DNA from: Terracoccus sp.
Lineage (GTDB): Bacteria > Actinomycetota > Actinomycetes > Actinomycetales > Dermatophilaceae
DNA: 64,000 bases
Assembly: GCA_039928615.1 (NCBI GenBank)
Contig: JBDSSS010000044.1
Span: 3,695 to 67,694, forward strand
Reading direction: 5' to 3'
Both the position numbers and the translations under genes were made by a program. This document shows, piece after piece, positions 26,421 to 35,468 of this stretch. Numbering within the stretch: position 1 is the stretch's first letter; each line of letters opens with the position of its first letter. The notes beneath the pieces were generated by a model. That model had not been told where the DNA came from. It ran no database searches and was given only the letters and a program-made list of their open reading frames with translations.

Positions 26421-26562
26421 CTGTGATCTCACTCCCGAAGAACGTCGGAGCGCCCGGGAAGGGCGTCGTCGCCCGTGAGGGGTCACGGGACCTGCCTAGG
26501 CTAGTCGCTGCCCCGGCTCCTCGACGAACGACCCGGCGGCGGTCGGCAGTTCCCCGTGGGCG

Positions 26563-27780
26563 TCATCCGGTCGGCAGGCGGACTCCCCCGTCGAGCCCGA
26601 GCCAGTGCGCCATCGACTCGAGCTCGGCGACCAGCGCAGGGCGCGCAGCCGCCGGCGCGTGCGGCTCCCAGGTGGTCCGGTGGCAGCGCAGCACTCCCTC
26701 GGCTCGGTCGGCCTTGAGGTCGCAGCGCGCCACGAGATCCTCCCCGTGGAGGAAGGGCAGCACGTAGTAGCCGTGCACCCGTCGCTCGACCGGGGTGTAG
26801 ATCTCGAGCCGGTAGCGGAAGTCCCAGAGCGCCTCGACCCGTTCGCGCTGCCAGACGAGCGAGTCGAACGGGCTGAGCAGGGCCCGCGCCTCCACCCGTC
26901 GCGGCACGCGGGCCTCGGCGTGCAGCCAGGCCGGCTTCCAGCCGGGGACGGTGACGGGCACGAGCTCACCGCCCGCGACGAGCGTGGCGATGGCGGGTCG
27001 CGCCTGCGCCCGGGAGATCCGGAAGTAGTCGGCGAGGCACCGCTCGGTCCCGATCCCGTGGGCACGGGCCGCGATCCGCACGAGGGCGACGAAGCGCTCC
27101 GGGTCCTGCTCCGGCCCGGCCCGGTGGAGCCAGGCCTCCCGCAGGCCGGGCGGCGGCGTGACGTCGAGGGCGGCATACCGCCGCTCGAAGGCTGTGGTGC
27201 GGCCCACCGAGCTGATCCGGCCCGCCCAGAAGAGGTACTCCAGCGCCTGCTTGACCTCGGACCAGTTCCAGCCCCAGTGGCCCGTCGGTCGGGGACGGTC
27301 GTGGGCGAGCGCCTCCTCGACCTCCCTCGAGGTGGACGGTCCGCGCCGCTCGACCTCCGCCTGGACGGCGTCGACGTAGTCGGGCCGCTCGGCGAGGATC
27401 CGACGCATCGACCCCCACGCCTGCTCCCCCGCGGCCCGCATCCGGGGCTCGAGCAGCGGCCACGTCGCGGGCGGGATGAGGCTGGCCTCGTGGGCCCAGT
27501 ACTCGACGAGCCGGCGCGGCGCGCGGTCCCGGGCCCGGTCGAGCAGGGCGGTGTCGTAGGGCCCGAGGCGGGAGAAGAAGGGGAGGTACTGGCTGCGGGC
27601 CACGACGTTGACGCTGTCGATCTGGACGACGCCGACCCGGTCGACGACGCGCTGGAGGTGGCGCATCGTCGCCGCGAACGGTGCGGGCCGCGGGTCGAGG
27701 AACCCCTGCGCGGCGATCGCGATCCGCTTCGCCTGCCCACGGGTGACGGTCCGGCTCGCGGCGCCGGCTCCCGCGGTCAC
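26563..27780 (-). CDS. YcaQ-family winged-helix protein (DNA interstrand-crosslink glycosylase family, DUF1006)
   Basis: The translation LQRVVDRVGVVQIDSVNVVARSQYLPFFSRLGPYD...EYWAHEASLIP...HGYYVLPFL matches the family. The GTG start overlaps the stop of the upstream response regulator. Confidence 0.75.
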   Translation of the reverse strand: MTAGAGAASRTVTRGQAKRIAIAAQGFLDPRPAPFAATMRHLQRVVDRVGVVQIDSVNVVARSQYLPFFSRLGPYDTALLDRARDRAPRRLVEYWAHEASLIPPATWPLLEPRMRAAGEQAWGSMRRILAERPDYVDAVQAEVERRGPSTSREVEEALAHDRPRPTGHWGWNWSEVKQALEYLFWAGRISSVGRTTAFERRYAALDVTPPPGLREAWLHRAGPEQDPERFVALVRIAARAHGIGTERCLADYFRISRAQARPAIATLVAGGELVPVTVPGWKPAWLHAEARVPRRVEARALLSPFDSLVWQRERVEALWDFRYRLEIYTPVERRVHGYYVLPFLHGEDLVARCDLKADRAEGVLRCHRTTWEPHAPAAARPALVAELESMAHWLGLDGGVRLPTG

Positions 27781-28502
27781 TCGCCGGGTTCGATGAGGCG
27801 CTGGCGGACGGCATACATCGCCGCCTCCATCCGTGAGTGCATCTGGAGCTTGTCGAGGATGTTGCGGATGTGGTTGCGGACGGTGTTGTCGGAGATGAAC
27901 AGCTCAGCCGCGATCTCGCGGTTGAGGCGGCCCCGGGCCACGAGACGCAGGATCTGCAGCTCACGGTCGGTCAGGCGAGGCAGCTCGAGCGCGGGAGACG
28001 GGACGACCTCGGCCACCGTCGCCCGGTCGCTCATCTGCGCGAACTCGCTGAGCAGCTTGGCTGCCATGAGCGGGGAGATGAGCGAATGCCCCTGGTGGAG
28101 CGCGACGATCCCCGCGGCAACCTCCTCCGGAGGCACGTCCTTGAGCAGGTAGCCGTTCGCGCCGGCCCGCACCGCCTCGAAGAGGTTCGCCTCGTCGTCG
28201 GAGCTCGTCAACATGAGGATCCTGGCGGAGGGGACGCGCTGGCGGATCAGCCGGCACGCCTCGATGCCGCCGCGCTTGGGCATCCCGACGTCCATGACGA
28301 TGACGTCGGGCAGCGTCTCCTCGGCCTGCGTCACCGCGGCCACCCCGTCGGCGGCCTCCCCGACCACCTCGAACCCCTCCTCGGTGTCGAGGATCGTCTG
28401 CAGCCCGCGCCGGTAGAGCGCGTGGTCATCGACGATGAGCACGCGGATCCGCTCGGTCGGGCTCGCGTCGTCGGTCGGGGTCGCGCTCTGGGTCGGGGGC
28501 AC
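27777..28502 (-). CDS. NarL/LuxR-family response regulator (no cognate kinase adjacent)
   Basis: A receiver domain (IRVLIVDDHALYRRGL...VIVMDVGMP...MLTSSDD...AGANGYLLK) is followed by a LuxR HTH (LTDRELQILRLVARGRLNREIAAELFISDNTVRNHIRNILDKL). GTG start at 28502. Confidence 0.88.
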   Translation of the reverse strand: MPPTQSATPTDDASPTERIRVLIVDDHALYRRGLQTILDTEEGFEVVGEAADGVAAVTQAEETLPDVIVMDVGMPKRGGIEACRLIRQRVPSARILMLTSSDDEANLFEAVRAGANGYLLKDVPPEEVAAGIVALHQGHSLISPLMAAKLLSEFAQMSDRATVAEVVPSPALELPRLTDRELQILRLVARGRLNREIAAELFISDNTVRNHIRNILDKLQMHSRMEAAMYAVRQRLIEPGE

Positions 28503-28623
28503 GGGGCCATCTTGGCAAAGATCACCGACGCCGTGTCCGGAACCGCGGCGACCGACTCGCGCGGGTTGACGCGAACCGGCCACCCACCCCTGGGGGGTGG
28601 GTGGCCAGCGCCGCGGGCGGAGC

Positions 28624-29253
28624 TCAGGCCGTCGCGGCGACCTCGCTGTCGGTCTCGAGGTGGAGCACGCCGTAGCTCCAGCCCCGGCGGCGGTAGACGA
28701 CGCTGGGGCGGTCGGTGTCGGCGTCGTGGAAGAGGAAGAAGTCGTGCCCGACGAGCTCCATCTGGTTGACGGCGTCCTCGAGCGACATCGGTGCTGCCGT
28801 GTGCACCTTCTCCCGGACCTCGATCGGGGAGTTGCCGACGGCGCCGAAGCGCGTGAGGTCGGCGTCGTCAGGCTCGTCGGGCTCGGTGGCGCTCGTCTCG
28901 CCGACACCCTCGGAGCGGGCCGTGGCCTGCCCGACGGACTCGGGGATGCGCCGTCCTCGACTGACCTGCCGCTTGTCATGCACGCGGCGAAGTCGTTCCA
29001 TGAGCTTGTCCGCGGCCGCATCGAGCGCGGCGAACTTGTCATCGAGGCAGGCCTCGGCGCGGATGACGGGTCCCTTGGCATGGCACGTGATCTCGACCCG
29101 GTCGGACCCACGCGCAACGCGCTCATGGGTCACGACGACGTCGATGCGGTGCACCTTGGGTGCCAGTGAGGGGACCTTGGCCAGGCGCTCGCCCAGCTGC
29201 TCTCGGAAGCGGTCGGGAATCTGGACGTGACGCCCAGTGACGACGATCTCCAC
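28624..29253 (-). CDS. hpf: Ribosome hibernation promoting factor, long form
   Basis: The translation VEIVVTGRHVQIPDRFREQLGERLAKV...RIDVVVTHE... is followed by the C-terminal dimerisation domain PMSLEDAVNQMELVGHDFFLFHDADTDRPSVVYRRRGWSYGVL. An AAGGAGGA SD precedes the GTG at 29253. Confidence 0.88.
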   Translation of the reverse strand: MEIVVTGRHVQIPDRFREQLGERLAKVPSLAPKVHRIDVVVTHERVARGSDRVEITCHAKGPVIRAEACLDDKFAALDAAADKLMERLRRVHDKRQVSRGRRIPESVGQATARSEGVGETSATEPDEPDDADLTRFGAVGNSPIEVREKVHTAAPMSLEDAVNQMELVGHDFFLFHDADTDRPSVVYRRRGWSYGVLHLETDSEVAATA

Positions 29254-29460
29254 GTTTTCCTCCTTGATCGAACGGTTGTTGCTGGTAACAGTCCGGGCCC
29301 GGGAAAGACCCGCGTGTCGCCTCGGCACCATCCCCTCTCGCTCGATCAGCCCGGACGCGAGGGCCACGATCGGCCCGTCACCCCCGGCGGGGTTTCCATG
29401 ACCCGACCCTACTTCGGGGGGCCCGACCTGGGAAGGCGAAAACGGCGAAACGGACCGATC

Positions 29461-30249
29461 TCACAGCCCGCCCCGAGGTCCGGAGGTGCCGTGCCGGCGG
29501 GTCGCGGCGACCACCGCGGCGACGACGTCCGAGGCGCCCGCCGCTCGAAGCACGCGGGCCGCCTCGGCGAGCGTGCTGCCGGTCGTCATCACGTCGTCGA
29601 CGAGCACGACCGGGCGGCCGGTGACCACCTCGTGCCACCGCGGCCGCAGGGTCAGCGCCCCGTCGAGGTTGCGCCGCCGCTCCGCGGTGCCGAGTCCCGC
29701 CTGGTCCGCCACCGACCGGCCGTGCGCCAGGACCGGGGCCAGCCGCAGCGGGCCGAGCGGATCGAGCAGATCGGGCGGCTCACGGGGGTCCGGCAGCACC
29801 CGTCGGGCCAGGCCCTCCATCGGCGTCCCGCCCCGGGCGCGCCGGGACTGCGCGGACGACGGCGCCGGGACGAGGATCGCCGGCCGCCCGACCCAGCCCC
29901 CCTGACGCACGGCGGCGCGTGCCGAGGCGGTGAGCAGCGGCCCGAGCAGGGGCGCCGCGTCGTGACGACCGTGGTCCTTCCAGCGCCCGATGACCGCCCG
30001 CACGGGGTCTGCGTAGTCGCACGCTGCGTGCACCGGCGGCAGGCCGGGCGGCGCCGGGGTCGGACGGACCTGCACGACACCGCCGGCGACGAGCCGCTCG
30101 AGCGCGAGGGCGCACCGACGGCACCAGGTGCGGCCGGGGCGACCGCACCCGAGGCACTCCGCCGGCAGGACGAGGTCGAGCAGCGCGGCCACGCCGCGCG
30201 GCTCGGTCCTGCGGAACGGCCCCACCGGGGCAGCAGACCACGTGGGCAC
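29461..30249 (-). CDS. comF: ComF-family phosphoribosyltransferase-domain protein
   Basis: An N-terminal Cys4 (CLGCG...CRRC) and a PRTase motif (VVLVDDVMTTGSTLAEA) are present. The start is uncertain. Confidence 0.78.
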   Translation of the reverse strand: MPTWSAAPVGPFRRTEPRGVAALLDLVLPAECLGCGRPGRTWCRRCALALERLVAGGVVQVRPTPAPPGLPPVHAACDYADPVRAVIGRWKDHGRHDAAPLLGPLLTASARAAVRQGGWVGRPAILVPAPSSAQSRRARGGTPMEGLARRVLPDPREPPDLLDPLGPLRLAPVLAHGRSVADQAGLGTAERRRNLDGALTLRPRWHEVVTGRPVVLVDDVMTTGSTLAEAARVLRAAGASDVVAAVVAATRRHGTSGPRGGL

Positions 30250-30322
30250 GGGGCGGGACCCACCCCTCTCCCCCTGCGGTGGAGGAGGTCGCGAGGCACC
30301 GGGGGTTGTGGACGGCGGGGTG

Positions 30323-32140
30323 TCAGCGCCCGGGCACGAGCAGGTCGGTGCCCTCGTCGATCTTGCGCCAGGTCGCTCCCGCCCGCGCCAGCACGCTGCC
30401 CTCGTCGGTGATCACGATGAGTCCGCGGGGGCCGCCGACGGTCGTGATGCTGGCGCCGCGGGGCACGACCGCGAGGCGGCTGTCCTTGGGGTCCGCGTTG
30501 CCGCGACGCCGGATGCCGTCCACGCCCGCCCCGATCGTGCCGAGCCACGCGCGCACCGGCTCGGTGTCGGCGATCCGGCCGAGGACGGCATACGTCGTGC
30601 TGTCGAGCCACACGACGTCCTTGATGAGGGTGAGCGGCTGGGCCTGGCGCCACGGGGCCGCGAGCGCCGTCGGGGCGCCGTTGGCCGACCGGACGATCCC
30701 GGTGACGGCCAGCTGGGCGTCCTTGCCGGCGGTGTTCGTCGTGACGATGAGCATCCTGGCGCCGTCCGCCGCGACGGTGAGGCTGACGACGCGCCGGCCC
30801 CGGAGCCAGGGGACGGAGATCGCGGCGGGGACCGCGCCGGCGTCGGCGGTGTCGGAGTCGAGCACGAAGACCCGGGCGTTGCCCGCCGGGTCGACGCCGC
30901 CGACCCAGAGGAAGCCGGCCGCGTCGTAGGTCGGACGGGTCAGACCCGTCGCGAAGGACGGCACGAGGATCGGCGGCTTCGTCGCCTGCCACCGGGACAG
31001 CTCCTTGAGGTCACCACCGACCGCGGCGATCTCGCGCCCGTCGGCGGACAGCGCGAGGCGCGTCCACCCCTCGGGGATCGAGGCGGTGAAGGGGGTCTTC
31101 GTCGACGGCGGTGGCCGCTTGCCGACGACGTCGTCCGGGATGTAGCGCGGGTCGATGACCGAGAGCGTGTCCTTCTGGCGGACCAGGGCGGTGTCGAACG
31201 ACGTCGGCACGACGATGTCGAAGCCGAGGTCGCTCGCCGCCGTCACGGCGTTGCCCCCGCCGGGAAGGTCGAGCGGCGACCCCTCGGCCGAGAGCGACAC
31301 GGACGAGACCCCGGCCACCTGCCCCAGTGTCGCGGTGAGCTGCGCCCACATCGCGGTGCGGTCGTCGGGATCGGCCTCGAGTGCCTGCGCGCTCAGGTTG
31401 ACCTGAGCGACGCCGTTCTCGACGGGGACGGCGTTGACCGCGAGCTTCGTGTCCGCCGGGACACCTGTGACGAGCGCCCCCGCGAGGTAGTCGGGGACGG
31501 GGCTCAGCTGGGCGCGCGACAGCGTCGTCGCCATCCGCGACCCGCTGGGGAACCACCGCGGGTCAGGCACGAGACGCCGACCCGTGGGCGTGACGTAGAA
31601 GGCGACGCGGTTGGTGAAGAGGCGGTCGAAGGCGTTGGAGTCGAGCCATAACCCGAAGCCGGTCGGGGGGAGGACGACGCGCCACTCCCCACCGACCTTC
31701 GTCAGGCCGAAGGTCGCCTTCACCTGCGTGCCGGCGGGCAGCTCGTCGTAGCGACCGTCCGGGGTGACCTTGGCGACGGCGTCGGTCGTGACCTCGACGC
31801 TCTCCTCGCCGACCTTCTTCACCTCGATGTCGGCGACGCTGTCGTAGACGACGATGTCCGTGCTCGTCGGGCGCCAGAGGTCGAGCGACTGCGGCGCGAG
31901 GTAGGACTTGCCCGTCGCGCGCGTCTCGTCGCTGTCGTCACCCGCTCGGATGAAGCCCCGGACGATGGCCTCCTGGCTCGAGCCGTCGACCGGGCCCTGG
32001 GCGAAGACCCGCACGGGGTCACCCACGTTGTCCCCGAGACGCCGACCGTCGGTGACCGGGCCGGTCTGGGGGAGCCCGCCGCAGGCCGCGAGCGACAGCA
32101 CCGTCGCCACGGCGGCGCCGAGGACGGCGCGACGTCTCAC
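30323..32140 (-). CDS. lpqB: LpqB-family lipoprotein (MtrAB accessory)
   Basis: A lipobox is present (VLSLAACGG). The protein is 605 aa. The start overlaps the mtrB stop (GTGA). Gene order is mtrA-mtrB-lpqB. Confidence 0.85.
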   Translation of the reverse strand: MRRRAVLGAAVATVLSLAACGGLPQTGPVTDGRRLGDNVGDPVRVFAQGPVDGSSQEAIVRGFIRAGDDSDETRATGKSYLAPQSLDLWRPTSTDIVVYDSVADIEVKKVGEESVEVTTDAVAKVTPDGRYDELPAGTQVKATFGLTKVGGEWRVVLPPTGFGLWLDSNAFDRLFTNRVAFYVTPTGRRLVPDPRWFPSGSRMATTLSRAQLSPVPDYLAGALVTGVPADTKLAVNAVPVENGVAQVNLSAQALEADPDDRTAMWAQLTATLGQVAGVSSVSLSAEGSPLDLPGGGNAVTAASDLGFDIVVPTSFDTALVRQKDTLSVIDPRYIPDDVVGKRPPPSTKTPFTASIPEGWTRLALSADGREIAAVGGDLKELSRWQATKPPILVPSFATGLTRPTYDAAGFLWVGGVDPAGNARVFVLDSDTADAGAVPAAISVPWLRGRRVVSLTVAADGARMLIVTTNTAGKDAQLAVTGIVRSANGAPTALAAPWRQAQPLTLIKDVVWLDSTTYAVLGRIADTEPVRAWLGTIGAGVDGIRRRGNADPKDSRLAVVPRGASITTVGGPRGLIVITDEGSVLARAGATWRKIDEGTDLLVPGR

Positions 32141-33978
32141 CGTCCGGCCGTCCCGGACGAGTGCGCCGCGGCAGGCAGGGCCCGGGTGCCCGTCGGGCCG
32201 GTCGGACCAGCGGGGCCGGCTGGACCCGGACCCATCGCCCGGGCGCCGGCCGCCTCGGAGAGAAGGGGGCTGAGCGGGAGCGGGGAGCCGGTGATCGTCG
32301 CGTCCGCCTGCCGGGGCAGGATGAGCCGGAAGCAGGACCCCTCCCCCAGGGCCCCCCAGGCCTCGAGGCGCCCGGCGTGCAGGCGCGCGTCCTCGAGCGA
32401 GATCGCGAGCCCGAGGCCGGTGCCACCGGTCGTCCGGGCGCGAGCCGGGTCGGCCCGCCAGAAGCGGGTGAAGACAAGTGCGGCCTCGCCGGGACGAAGG
32501 CCCACGCCGTGGTCGCGGACCGTGACGGCCACTGCGGAATCGTTGCTGCCGAGGGTGATCTCGATCGGCCTGCCCTCACCGTGCTCGATGGCGTTGGAGA
32601 CGAGGTTGCGCAGGATCCGCTCGATGCGTCGCGAGTCCATCTCGGCGATGACCGGGGCGTCGGGCTCCTCGACGACGAGCCGGGTGCCCTTCCGGGCGGC
32701 GAGGGTGCGGTGGGCGTCGACCGCCCGCTCGACGCAGGCGCGCAGGTCCGTCGCCTCGATATCCAGCACCGCGGCTCCAGCGTCGAAGCGGGAGATCTCG
32801 AGCAGGTCCGTCAGCAGGGACTCGAAGCGGTCGAGTTCGCCGCGCAGCAGCTCGGCCGACCGGGCCACGGTCGGCTCGAAGCTCGAGCGGGAGTCGTGGA
32901 TCAGGTCGCCGGCCATCCGGATCGTCGTCAGCGGCGTTCGAAGCTCGTGCGACACGTCCGACACGAACCGCTGCTGGACGCGGGAGAGGTTCTCCAGCTG
33001 GGCGATCTGCTGCTGGATGGAGGCGGCCATGGCGTTGAAGGAGTTGCCGAGGCGGGCGATGTCGTCCTCCCCCTTGGACCGCATCCGCTCGTTGAGGTTG
33101 CCGTCCGCGAACCGCTCGGCCACGATCGCGGCCCGGCGCAGCGGGTCGGCGACGATCCGGGTGACGACGAAGGCGATCGCGCCGACGAGCAGGATCAGGG
33201 CCGCGCCGCCCAGCAGGAAGGTGCGCCCGATGAGGCTGATGATCTCCCGCTCGCGGTGCATCGGGTAGATGAAGTAGAGGCCGTAGTCACCCGCCACCGG
33301 GAGCACGATCTTCTGCCCGACGATGACCGCGGAGATCTCGCCCGTGTCCTCCTCGATCGTGGCGACCTGGAGGTGCTGGACCTCGGGAGCTGCCGAGACC
33401 TGCCGCGAGAGCTCCTCGGGGATGAACCGGACCCCCACCCCGCCGCTCTCGATCGGACCGATGATCGTCGGCAGGTCGTTGGTGTCGAGCCGGGTGAGCA
33501 CGACGTAGCGCACCTCGTTGCCCGCGTCCCGGCGGTACTTGTTGACCAGGTCGGTCGCCGTCTGGGTGAGCTCGGCCACGGAAGCCGTCTGGTCGGTCGA
33601 GTCGAACTGCTTCTGCGCGTCCGTCGCGTCGCGGAGGCTGTCGTCGGCGGCAATCCGCTGTCGTCCGTCGACCAGGCCCTGGGCGATCGACCCGTAGAGG
33701 TAGGTCCCGACCGTGCTCAGCACGAGGATGCCGAGCAGCGTCGTGATCACCACGACCCGGAAGCTCAGCGACGAGCGCCACAGGTGCGTCGTCCGACGGG
33801 CCAGCGCCCCGAGGGCCGACAACGCCCGCGGGCCCGCCCCGGGCCCTGTCACGGGCCCTGTCACGGGCCCTGTCGCGGACCCTGACCCGCGAGCCGACCC
33901 GGACGCCGACCCGCCCACGGGACGGGTCCCGGCTTCGGGCCCGCCCTCGAGGTCGACGTCGTCGGAGAAGGAGCTCAT
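32137..33978 (-). CDS. mtrB: Sensor histidine kinase MtrB
   Basis: Two TM helices, a HAMP domain, an H-box (VSDVSHELRTPLTTI) and HATPase motifs (NLVSNAIEHG, DHGVGL, GTGLGLAI) are present. The ATG at 33978 lies 1 nt after the mtrA stop. Confidence 0.88.
   Translation of the reverse strand: MSSFSDDVDLEGGPEAGTRPVGGSASGSARGSGSATGPVTGPVTGPGAGPRALSALGALARRTTHLWRSSLSFRVVVITTLLGILVLSTVGTYLYGSIAQGLVDGRQRIAADDSLRDATDAQKQFDSTDQTASVAELTQTATDLVNKYRRDAGNEVRYVVLTRLDTNDLPTIIGPIESGGVGVRFIPEELSRQVSAAPEVQHLQVATIEEDTGEISAVIVGQKIVLPVAGDYGLYFIYPMHREREIISLIGRTFLLGGAALILLVGAIAFVVTRIVADPLRRAAIVAERFADGNLNERMRSKGEDDIARLGNSFNAMAASIQQQIAQLENLSRVQQRFVSDVSHELRTPLTTIRMAGDLIHDSRSSFEPTVARSAELLRGELDRFESLLTDLLEISRFDAGAAVLDIEATDLRACVERAVDAHRTLAARKGTRLVVEEPDAPVIAEMDSRRIERILRNLVSNAIEHGEGRPIEITLGSNDSAVAVTVRDHGVGLRPGEAALVFTRFWRADPARARTTGGTGLGLAISLEDARLHAGRLEAWGALGEGSCFRLILPRQADATITGSPLPLSPLLSEAAGARAMGPGPAGPAGPTGPTGTRALPAAAHSSGTAGR
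33841..33876. repeat. 12-bp tandem repeat x3 (GGGCCCTGTCAC) encoding (PVTG)n in the MtrB N-terminal tail
   Basis: Read directly. It corresponds to ATGPVTGPVTGPGAGP in the protein. Confidence 0.85.
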
Positions 33979-33979
33979 C

Positions 33980-34657
33980 TCAGGTCGGGCCGGCCTTGTA
34001 GCCGACGCCGCGGACGGTGACGACGATCTCGGGGTGCTCGGGGTCGTGCTCGATCTTGGATCGGAGCCGCTGGACGTGGACGTTGACGAGCCGGGTGTCA
34101 CCGGCGTGCCGGTAGCCCCAGACCTGCTCGAGCAGGACCTCGCGGGTGAACACCTGCCACGGCTTGCGGGCGAGCGCGACGAGGAGGTCGAACTCGAGCG
34201 GTGTCAGCGAGAGCGGCTCCTCGGCGCGCTTGACCGAGTGCCCGGCCACGTCGATGTCGAGGTCGCCGATCGTCAGCTTCTCCGGGGCGGGCTCGTCGCC
34301 GCGGCGGAGCCGGGCCCGGACGCGCGCGATCAGCTCCTGGGGCTTGAACGGCTTGACGACGTAGTCGTCGGCACCGGACTCGAGCCCGACGACGATGTCG
34401 ACGGTGTCGGTGCGCGCGGTGAGCATGACGATCGGCACCCCGCTCTCGGCGCGGATCCGCCGACAGACCTCCATGCCGTCGAGGCCCGGGAGCATCACGT
34501 CCAGCAGCACGAGGTCGGGGCGGCTGTCGCGGAACGCCCCGACCGCCTCCGAGCCGTCCGCGACGTGCGTGACGTCGAGACCCTCGTTGCGCAGCACGAT
34601 CCCCAGCATCTCGGCGAGTGCGAGGTCGTCATCGACAACCAGAACCCGACCCTTCAC
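33980..34657 (-). CDS. mtrA: OmpR-family response regulator MtrA
   Basis: The translation MKGRVLVVDDDLALAEMLGIVLRNEGLDV...DLVLLDVMLPGLDG...RGVGYK shows near-canonical MtrA. Confidence 0.93.
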   Translation of the reverse strand: MKGRVLVVDDDLALAEMLGIVLRNEGLDVTHVADGSEAVGAFRDSRPDLVLLDVMLPGLDGMEVCRRIRAESGVPIVMLTARTDTVDIVVGLESGADDYVVKPFKPQELIARVRARLRRGDEPAPEKLTIGDLDIDVAGHSVKRAEEPLSLTPLEFDLLVALARKPWQVFTREVLLEQVWGYRHAGDTRLVNVHVQRLRSKIEHDPEHPEIVVTVRGVGYKAGPT

Positions 34658-34732
34658 AGCCCACTCCTCGTCCGATCCGCACCGTCGGCGGATCCACCGT
34701 CCTGCCCCAGATCATCACACACGCCACACCGG

Positions 34733-35284
34733 TCAGCTCTTCGTGACGTACCACTTGCCGTCGAGCTTGACCGCCCTGAAGTGGGAGACGACGTCAGCGG
34801 CCATGGCCGGCTCCGTCGTGACGCTCTGGAACGTCGCCGTGCTGCCGCTGACCGTGGCCCCCGTGATGGTCAGGCCGTCGAAGGCCGCGCCGAGGGCGCT
34901 CAGCTCCTCCAGGGGCGACGCGATCGACGACGCACAGGCGTCAGAGGCCTTGGGGATGCTCGGGATCGGCTTGCCCTCGGCGGCCATGACCGTGCAGACA
35001 CCGGCCGCGTTGCCGGCCACCATGGCCCTCAACCACGAGGTCATCGCGGCCTCCGGCGTCGTCTGGTCGACGGCGGTCAGCGTCGTCGAGGCAGACGGGC
35101 CGGGGGTCGCCGCGCCGCTGTCGACACCCGTGGCGGCGTCGGTCGGCGCATTCGCCGCGCTCGTTGCGCCGGTGGCGCTCGGCGCGGAGGTTCCGGCGGT
35201 GTCGGGCGTGTCGGCGGAGGACCCGCAGGCACCGAGGCCGAGCAACACTGCGAGCGCCAGGGCGCCGGCCGGAAACCTCTTCAT
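34733..35284 (-). CDS. Lipoprotein, NTF2/SnoaL-like C-terminal region
   Basis: The sequence MKRFPAGALALAVLLGLGACGS provides a good lipobox. It is followed by an Ala/Thr/Ser linker and ends ...HFRAVKLDGKWYVTKS. Confidence 0.62.
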   Translation of the reverse strand: MKRFPAGALALAVLLGLGACGSSADTPDTAGTSAPSATGATSAANAPTDAATGVDSGAATPGPSASTTLTAVDQTTPEAAMTSWLRAMVAGNAAGVCTVMAAEGKPIPSIPKASDACASSIASPLEELSALGAAFDGLTITGATVSGSTATFQSVTTEPAMAADVVSHFRAVKLDGKWYVTKS

Positions 35285-35453
35285 CGTGTCCTCGGGTCGT
35301 CGGAGCAAGGGGTGGGGAGCCCGCGGGGCGGGTGGGACCCCGCAACGGGAGAATCCATCCTCGCACGCGTCCCCGGGTGCTCCCGGCCTGACGACAGGCA
35401 CCTGAAGAGGCTGAATTCACCTCATAAAACACATAAAGGAGGCAGAACCAGCG

Positions 35454-35468
35454 ATGATCTCCGGGTGA
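35454..35468 (+). promoter_or_regulatory. 4-codon upstream mini-ORF (ATG ATC TCC GGG TGA) preceded by an AAAGGAGG SD; its stop overlaps the GTG start of the next gene
   Basis: The SD is at about 35435-35442 and the ATG at 35454. The TGA at 35466-35468 overlaps the GTG at 35465-35467. The local AT-rich patch is typical of promoter or leader DNA. Confidence 0.4.

Noticed and set aside
33713-35464. The 5' two-thirds of the 1100-aa plus-strand ORF 33713-37015.
   Set aside because: This part is antisense to mtrB, mtrA and the lipoprotein gene and translates to junk. Only the segment from the GTG at 35465 onward has membrane-protein character.
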